A DNA stretch of 64,000 nt from NCBI GenBank assembly GCA_012295275.1, contig CM022671.1:1488001-1552000 (forward strand). The letters are read 5' to 3'. This stretch comes from Chrysomallon squamiferum. Taxonomy: Eukaryota; Animalia; Mollusca. The stretch's first letter is position 1; every line of letters begins with the position of its first letter. The notes beneath the pieces are model-generated. The model did not search any database and was not told the origin of the DNA. It saw only the letters and a list, made by a program, of their open reading frames with translations. Positions 56,323-64,000 of the stretch are shown here, piece after piece. Both the position numbers and the translations under genes were made by a program.

Positions 56323-58330
56323 TTGTTGTTGTTGTTGTTGTTTTATTTGTTTTTTGTTTTGTTAATCGTACAATAATAATAATGAAAACAAAATCTATGA
56401 TGTTAATAATAATAATAACAACAACATATAACATTAAGGAAAAGAAAAAAGAATGAGAAACAAAACGATGACGAAGGAAGAGAAGACATCAAAGGACCGT
56501 GTTAACCGTGCTTAGTTCTCCAGCTCATCTGAGCCACGTAAAATGTCAAAAGTTTCATTGCTTAAAATTAAAAACAGAATCGATAACCTTTGTATTCTGT
56601 CTGCAGACTTTAATTTTAAATCTCACAGATTCACGATTTCTTGATTTTGTAGGTTATAGATTTTATTTTATTATTATTATGTTTTTTCTGTACCTATAAA
56701 TGTACGCTAGAAAATGAAGAAACTGTTTACACTAATAATTGTATATTTGTATACGTCTGTGAATATTTGTGTAGGTGTTTGTAATTATAAATGTGATTAC
56801 AAATGTATATGTATATAAGATATTATTATAATATCCTTGCAAAATAATATCAAAAAAAATATAAAATATTCAAACACTAATAAATAAATAAATAAGTAAA
56901 TAATTAAACAAATAAATAAAATAAAATAACTTAAACTAAATAAAGAAACATACAAACAAAGTCAAAAAATAATAGTAAAATAATAGGGTTCCTATAATTA
57001 TGGCAATGATATTATTGATATTACTCTTCTTTTTCTTCTTCTTCTTCTTCTTCTTATTGTTGTTGTTGTTGTTTTTGTTGTTGCTGTTGCTGCTGCTATT
57101 GCTGTAGTTGTGTTGTTAATAATTGTTAATATACATAAAACAATTCAAAGATGAATTTTAAAAACATCACTTCCTAAAATGTCTGCTAAATTCGTGCGTT
57201 GAAAAATCTCCAGTAAACCAGTATATCAATGCATTTTAATTTTTTCCTACACATTTAACAAACTGAGGTGAACAAGATCACAGAATAAAAATCCTTTCTG
57301 TTTTCAAAACTACAATTGGACAACTTTTATTTTTTTTATTTTTTTTTTTTTTTACCAATGTCCCTCCTTCTTGTTATTTTGCTGGCCTTATTAAAATGGC
57401 ACCCATTAAAAAGGCCGATCAATTTCAGCGACGGTAGCGTGAATGCCGAAGGAAAATCTCAGAAGATTTCTATTGAGGATTTTATCACGAAGCGGCGTTT
57501 CCCTGGAGAGGGCGCTACCTTTGTGGTTGGTCGTCTTCGTCAGATTGCGATCTCGATCCGGTAATTGATTGCGAGTCGTTGCATCCACTCGCCAGCAAAC
57601 GTGCTCAAAGAACACCACAACGTCGTGACCATAACGTCGACTCCATTGTGTCAATATTTGAATCGAGACCAGTTTTCCAGGAAAAGCCTACAGACACTAA
57701 CCGGTCGTTTTTCATAGCTTCGATAATGGATTTGTTCCCCGTTTCTTTAGCAAGACTTTTTTTTATTATTTATTTTCTTCATCTTCTTCTCTAATCTCGA
57801 TCTCTCGCTCCCTTTTTCCTCTGTTCGTGGCATCGGTACTTTCGAATCTCCCACGGTCATTCACGGTTCTTCAGATGACCGCGGTGTTATAATACCTGCC
57901 GCAGCACACAGCGCGGAATAAACGACAGAGTTATTAATTATGACCGGCGGTGCACCGGGATTTGTTCCTCCGCGCGCGTGCCGGACTGCCATTAGTCAAC
58001 TGTATGCAATGTTACCAGAGGGAAGGCAGTAGTTTTCTCTGTAATTATTGTCGTTTAATAATTAGTTGCTTCGTTAACTTTGGCTCCCGTTTTCCCCTGC
58101 ACAATGCAGGATGCTGCAGCAGAAAGCCTAGAGCTAGAAGACGAAGAAAGCAGAAATGGCGAAGATGCATTAGGGAAAACTTCGTGAAGGGCAAAACTGA
58201 TAAACGTTTAACCCAGCCTCTTTTACAGCATGAAAATAACAGTTATTTACCAGACTGTTTGTTTACAATACGGTCGTGCGTACTCACACACACAGAGACA
58301 AACACAGACACACTCACAGACAAGAATATA

Positions 58331-58398
<68 letters not shown>

Positions 58399-58627
58399 AT
58401 GAATTAATTAATGTCAATAACAGAGAATTTAAACTGAGTTAGTAATAATGTGTTAATCCATTGAATTGAAATACATATAAAAGTGACATGTATGTGTCTC
58501 TATTTTTGTCTCTATATCATACTACCTGTCTCCTCTTATTTATATGTCTCTCTGTCTCTCTCTTGTTATTTTTGTTATTTTTAATACTGATGTTCTTCTA
58601 ACAGTTGTTTGGATCGTATTAGTGTTA

Positions 58628-58686
<59 letters not shown>

Positions 58687-60320
58687 TTTATAAAAGAGTT
58701 ACTCCAGATGATTGTTTCACTGACTGATTTATTTAATTATTCATTTTCCTGTTTCTTTTTTTCTGGTTTCCTCAGTGGTTTATTTAATTTATAATTAAAA
58801 TTTATTTCTAAAACCACCTCTTCACGCATCTCCTATTGCAAAAAGATCAACTCTGCTAAACGTGAGTGCACGTGATCACGTCAATTCACTTAAAACGAAA
58901 TAAATAATTAAACACGATTTTGTCGAGGGATAAGCATGTATACTCTCAAACTATAAACCAAAACGAAACAAAACAAAAAAGAATTAATAAATAAATAAAT
59001 TCAAAAAAAATAAAAATATATTTTTTCATAGTAAAACAAAATACAAAACATTCAAAATATTTAAGATTTTGTATATAACGAATAATATTATGACAAAATT
59101 AGGAAAGGTATAAAATTGACACCTAATTTTTTCTACTGTATTCTAAATGTTAAATGAAGAATTATTTTACTGATATTAAGAATATTTTTTTCGTTAAGTT
59201 AATTTTGTGGCTGAGTATAAACTAAAAATTAAATATTTGTCTGGAATACATTTTATTTATTTATTTATTTATTTATTTATTGTTGTTGTTGTTGTTGTTG
59301 TTGTTATTATTATTATTATTTTCAGTGATAGTACTTGAAACAGTAGTAGCTTTATTAGATGTTGTTGTTCAGGTAGTAGTGGTTGTAGTAGTAGTTTCTG
59401 TGGTAACAGTAGTCGTAGTAGTAGTATCAGCAGCAACGATAGAGTAAGAACTTGTAATAATAACAGTAACCAGACAACAACAACAACAACAATAATAACA
59501 CAGAACAGTACGACTACGATGACGATAACGACGACGACGATGATGATGTTTATTTGAAGAGCTGTACGTCTGTACGTCTGTCAAATACAAGTCACATCAG
59601 TCCCAGCAGTTCACCCTCACACATAGGAATTTTATCCGTAATCTTGTTGAACGGACAATATTAACAACAATAAAGCCAAAAAAAAAAAAAAAAAAAAAAA
59701 AATGAACCGACCTTTTTACTGTCAGTATTCTAACGAATTATCTGTCATTACTGAGGATCCATATTGTATAATGATGTCATATAAACACGCATTCATTGTC
59801 CCCAGGGTTCATTTATCACGCTGTATTTACGATTGCCATTTCTGTGCATTCATCAACTCGGCTTTTCATTTTTTCTCTCTGTGTTTTATTTATATCAGTG
59901 AGTGTGATGTGTGAAGTACGGAGGGCACATGCGCGAGGCGCGTGTATACTTAACAATGTACACTAATGTGTTTCTTCGCCCTAATATCTTTCCTGAAGTT
60001 GTCTTATTTCCCCGGGGACGACTGCCAATTTTATACCTCGTCGTTTTCCGCGGAGTATAAATTGCGTCAATTATTGTTTGCCATGATCAACAATTTCGCC
60101 GAAATGACGCGAGAAAGCGGAGAGAGCGAGGCGCTGCCAGTTCGCGTTTATGTTAGTTAATGTGTTTTCGACGTGTAAATAAATTCGTTTGTTTACTTAA
60201 ATTAAAGAGAGAAAAAAGAGAGAGAGAGAGGGAAAGAAAATAAAAAAAATAAAAAATGAGATAGAGAAAGAGCGGTTTGATTTGTTGCAGATGTCATGTG
60301 ATGAAGGAGGAAATTAATTC

Positions 60321-60407
<87 letters not shown>

Positions 60408-60519
60408 TGAACGTATTTTATTCTCAACTGAAACATGCATTTTTCACATATTTTATTTGATTTTCCTATTTTCTAAAATTTAATAAAAAAAAAAATTAAA
60501 TAATTAAATTAAAGACTTA

Positions 60520-60584
<65 letters not shown>

Positions 60585-61264
60585 TTAAAGTGTTATTGTT
60601 TATATAAGTTCGCACTGTTTCTCTAATTAATTATCAGTTATTCAGTTAACTAAATCACGTATCTATTCTTGTTCATTATAATATATTCACAATATATTTA
60701 TAGATGTTAATTTCATCGAAGCCTCAAACATTGGCTTGAATATGTTATTATTTTAACCATTGTATTCTTTCTGCTTCAGATATATATTATTTTACGTATT
60801 AATAAATAAAGAAAGAAAGAAAGAAAAAAGAAACAAATAACTAATAAGATCCAGCAATTAACCTAATAAATCCAAAGCAACCCAAAATAAATTAACTGAT
60901 CAAGTAAACAAACAAATTAGTTATAATAATATAAACAAACAAATAAATAAATAAATAAACAAAAAATAAAAAAATAAATAAATAAACAAAATAAATAAAT
61001 AAATAAACAAATAAATAACTAAATAAATAATATATGAAGAGGAAGGAAAAGAAATGAATAACGAAAAACAATAACAACAACAACAACAATAATAATAGTC
61101 ACCATCATCAACGTCATCCTAAAGAGGTAAAAACGTAGTCTAATATTCCAAATATTTATATATAGAATAGTATTTACACCAAACAATCAAGCAAACAATA
61201 AAAAAAAAATAATAATAAAATAATAATAAAATAAAATAAATAAATAAAATAATAAATAAAATAA

Positions 61265-61301
<37 letters not shown>

Positions 61302-61598
61302 ATATCTTTTATATTATTTACCTCTAGATCAGGGTTAAAATTAAAATAATAATAAATGACACTTCAGGTTTTGCATGGCGTGTCGCTAAACATTGTTTTT
61401 TAATTATGAGTTATTACAAGCTTTATTCAAGTAGCATTATTTTGTTAATATTCCAGCTTAACCTCGCGACATTAAAACTAATAATTAAGAATTAAGGATA
61501 TGAAATTTTCGTACATTAATTGCCCAATTAATAAACAGGAACATGATACGAACTGTCTAGCATGCGAAAGAACAGTTTCTTTATTCATTTTTTCTTTT

Positions 61599-61631
<33 letters not shown>

Positions 61632-63143
61632 TCAGTCTGAAAACAAATATGTCTTTGTTTGCTTGACCGATGATCTTCATACTGAATGACAAAGAAATAA
61701 AATGTCATAAATAAACAATCAAACAAGTAAATACAGAGAGACAAGACAGATAGAGAGACAGTAGGTAGGTAAGTAAGTAGTTAGGTAAATAATTACGTCA
61801 CAGGAAATATGTATAATTTGAGAAAATTTCAGAGGATATTTATGTGTAATCACCGACAGAAAGTAAAGTGGCCAGAGTTGGAGATGGTCCAAGGAAAACT
61901 GGACATCCACAGAGACAAGGGTCCGCATCAAGAACAAACTGAGACTCTGAGGACTGAGTTTTTGTTGGTCAAGAGACAACAATGTAACTGGATGAACGTT
62001 TGTTCAGTTCAGAACTTTTCACAGTGAAATTAAGTGTTGGGTTCTGATGCTTGCACTGTTATCATCAACTCTACCTCATGAAATATCAATCGACTGCATT
62101 CAGAGGATGATCTGCTTGAAACCGGTTTCCTGGGTGAATCAGAATTTATGCATATTTTCAGAGATTTTCAGGAATTGTACATCTGTACTTTAACAGACAG
62201 AAAGACGAACAGACAGGCAGACAGATGGATAGATTAATAATAAATGAATAAGTAAATGGGTATTTAAAAATAACAACAACAACAGTAATAATTCAGTAAT
62301 AATGAAAAATTACTGATTATGGTGATTAAAAGAAGAAGAACAAGAACAAAAAAATTAAAATTAATTATTAAAAAAAAAAAATGAAAAATGCAGTTGAAGC
62401 AAGCTCAACAGCATCATTTAACACATCAGACAGTAAAAAAATAAAATGCTATGATACAAGAAAGAGAAACAAACAGTCGTAACAAAAGTAAACAAAGCCG
62501 CGACAACAACAGCAAACGAATATCACACAAACGTAGTAAGCGCTTACTGTTAACAATGACACGAATTTACTTACCAAAGCAGAGTTTTACATCTTCGCTA
62601 ACCATGCACTGACTAATTAGCACAGTAGTCCTCAATACAACGTTTATAAAATAAAACCAATTAAGTTGTGATTCTTAATCTTTTGATGCATCAGGTTTCA
62701 TTAATAATTAAGCTGTTAAGACAAGTAAGTGTATGTTGGAAACCACGTAAAGATAATAATCTTGACATAATGAACAAGATAAACGAATCTGAAAAGTCTT
62801 AGCTTTTGAATTTAGTAAAGTTTTTTGTAGTTTATTATCCTTGTTAAATAAACTTTCTTTCTGTGAATATGTCCTAAGCTAAATTCTTTTTCCTCATTTA
62901 TTTTTTTGTATAAATTTTTTTTTTTTTTTTTTTTTTTAGTGATAGAAACTGTTAAGACTGTTCAAGATTTAATCGAATGAGAAATAATGAAATAAAAGTT
63001 ACTACTACAACATGAAATAGCAAAGATATTTAGAAAAAAATCAATAACAAAAGATAAAGTGACATATAAATAGAGGGACGGAGAAAGAGAGATATGAAAG
63101 CATACAGCAGAAAAAGAAAGAAGAGAAAGATAACGAGTGTGCG

Positions 63144-63146
<3 letters not shown>

Positions 63147-63241
<95 letters not shown>

Positions 63242-63323
63242 AGAGAGAAAAAGAGAGAGAGAGATTTACAAAATTTATTATCATGTGCACGCAAAGGAAA
63301 AAACGGTTCATTTTTAGTTTCCA

Positions 63324-63402
<79 letters not shown>
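63147..63402. repeat. (AG)n followed by (CT)n-(AC)n microsatellites
   Basis: (AG)n at 63147-63263, (CT)n at 63326-63380, (AC)n to about 63402. Confidence 0.95.
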
Positions 63403-63403
<1 letters not shown>

Positions 63404-64000
63404 TTTTCGCATTTTCTCTCTATGTATGTATCTGCCTTTCAGGTTCAAATGGATGAATTCTGAAGCAAAGAAATTTCGTTTTCACTTTAATCAAACTGCT
63501 GACGTGAAGTCAATTCTAGGACGTTACCTATCTGATTCTGTCACTCCACTCCGCACAAGCACTTGAAAACTACAACCAACCATAACATCTCTTCCTATCT
63601 TTTATCCTGGCAAATTTTTAAAAAGACACTGGGCTAAATTAGTTAATGGACTCTTATTATTCCTCTGATACGGTCCGGGAAAGCATCCCTGGTCTTCTAT
63701 TGCGGCTATTAGCCTTATTTGTTATTTGATTTGTCAAGTGAACGCTGCTTCAGTCGGCCTTTTTAAGGACAAGCCGAGATGGAGCAGGCGGCTTCCTGAT
63801 TCTTCTGAGTCTCTCCAGGCGAAAAAGTGCCATTTCCTTTTAGCTCTTGGAAGCGCTTAAAGACAGCGATTTGCAGAAAAAGAAAGAAAAAAATAACCTT
63901 CTGAAAAAGTGAAGATAAAAAAAGACAAGCCCTGGCTGCGCGGACTGCACGAGATGAGCGCGTGAATCGAGAGGCTCCTGCTCCAGAGCGAGAGCGAGGC

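Overview
Eukaryotic (animal) genomic DNA, very AT-rich and dense in microsatellites ((AAT)n, (AG)n, (ATAC)n, (ATTT)n, poly-A/T). The composition and the protein suggest an invertebrate, plausibly a mollusc (inference only). The only protein-coding gene I can support is a + strand Fez-family zinc-finger gene (FEZF1/2 / Drosophila earmuff orthologue) with an N-terminal eh1 motif (LAFSIDKIM) and six diagnostic C2H2 fingers. Its coding exons are 34789-35834 and 39313-39876, with a probable promoter and non-coding first exon at about 31950-32483. As assembled, the first coding exon has a frame break in an AAC/CAC repeat near 35550, splitting the eh1 half from the zinc-finger half at an ATGA stop/start overlap. 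A 1-nt assembly error is the most likely cause, but it is testable. The gene sits in an apparent gene desert dotted with about 25-30 CpG-rich islands that look like a developmental regulatory landscape (K50/Otx-type site clusters, a bHLH site cluster, two recurrent unexplained motifs). Other structure includes a 1.5-kb minisatellite with a decayed flank and an inverted orphan copy, a 212-bp near-identical duplication, a 70-bp palindrome and a probable degenerate tRNA-derived SINE. Almost all other ORFs in the track are microsatellite or shadow artefacts.
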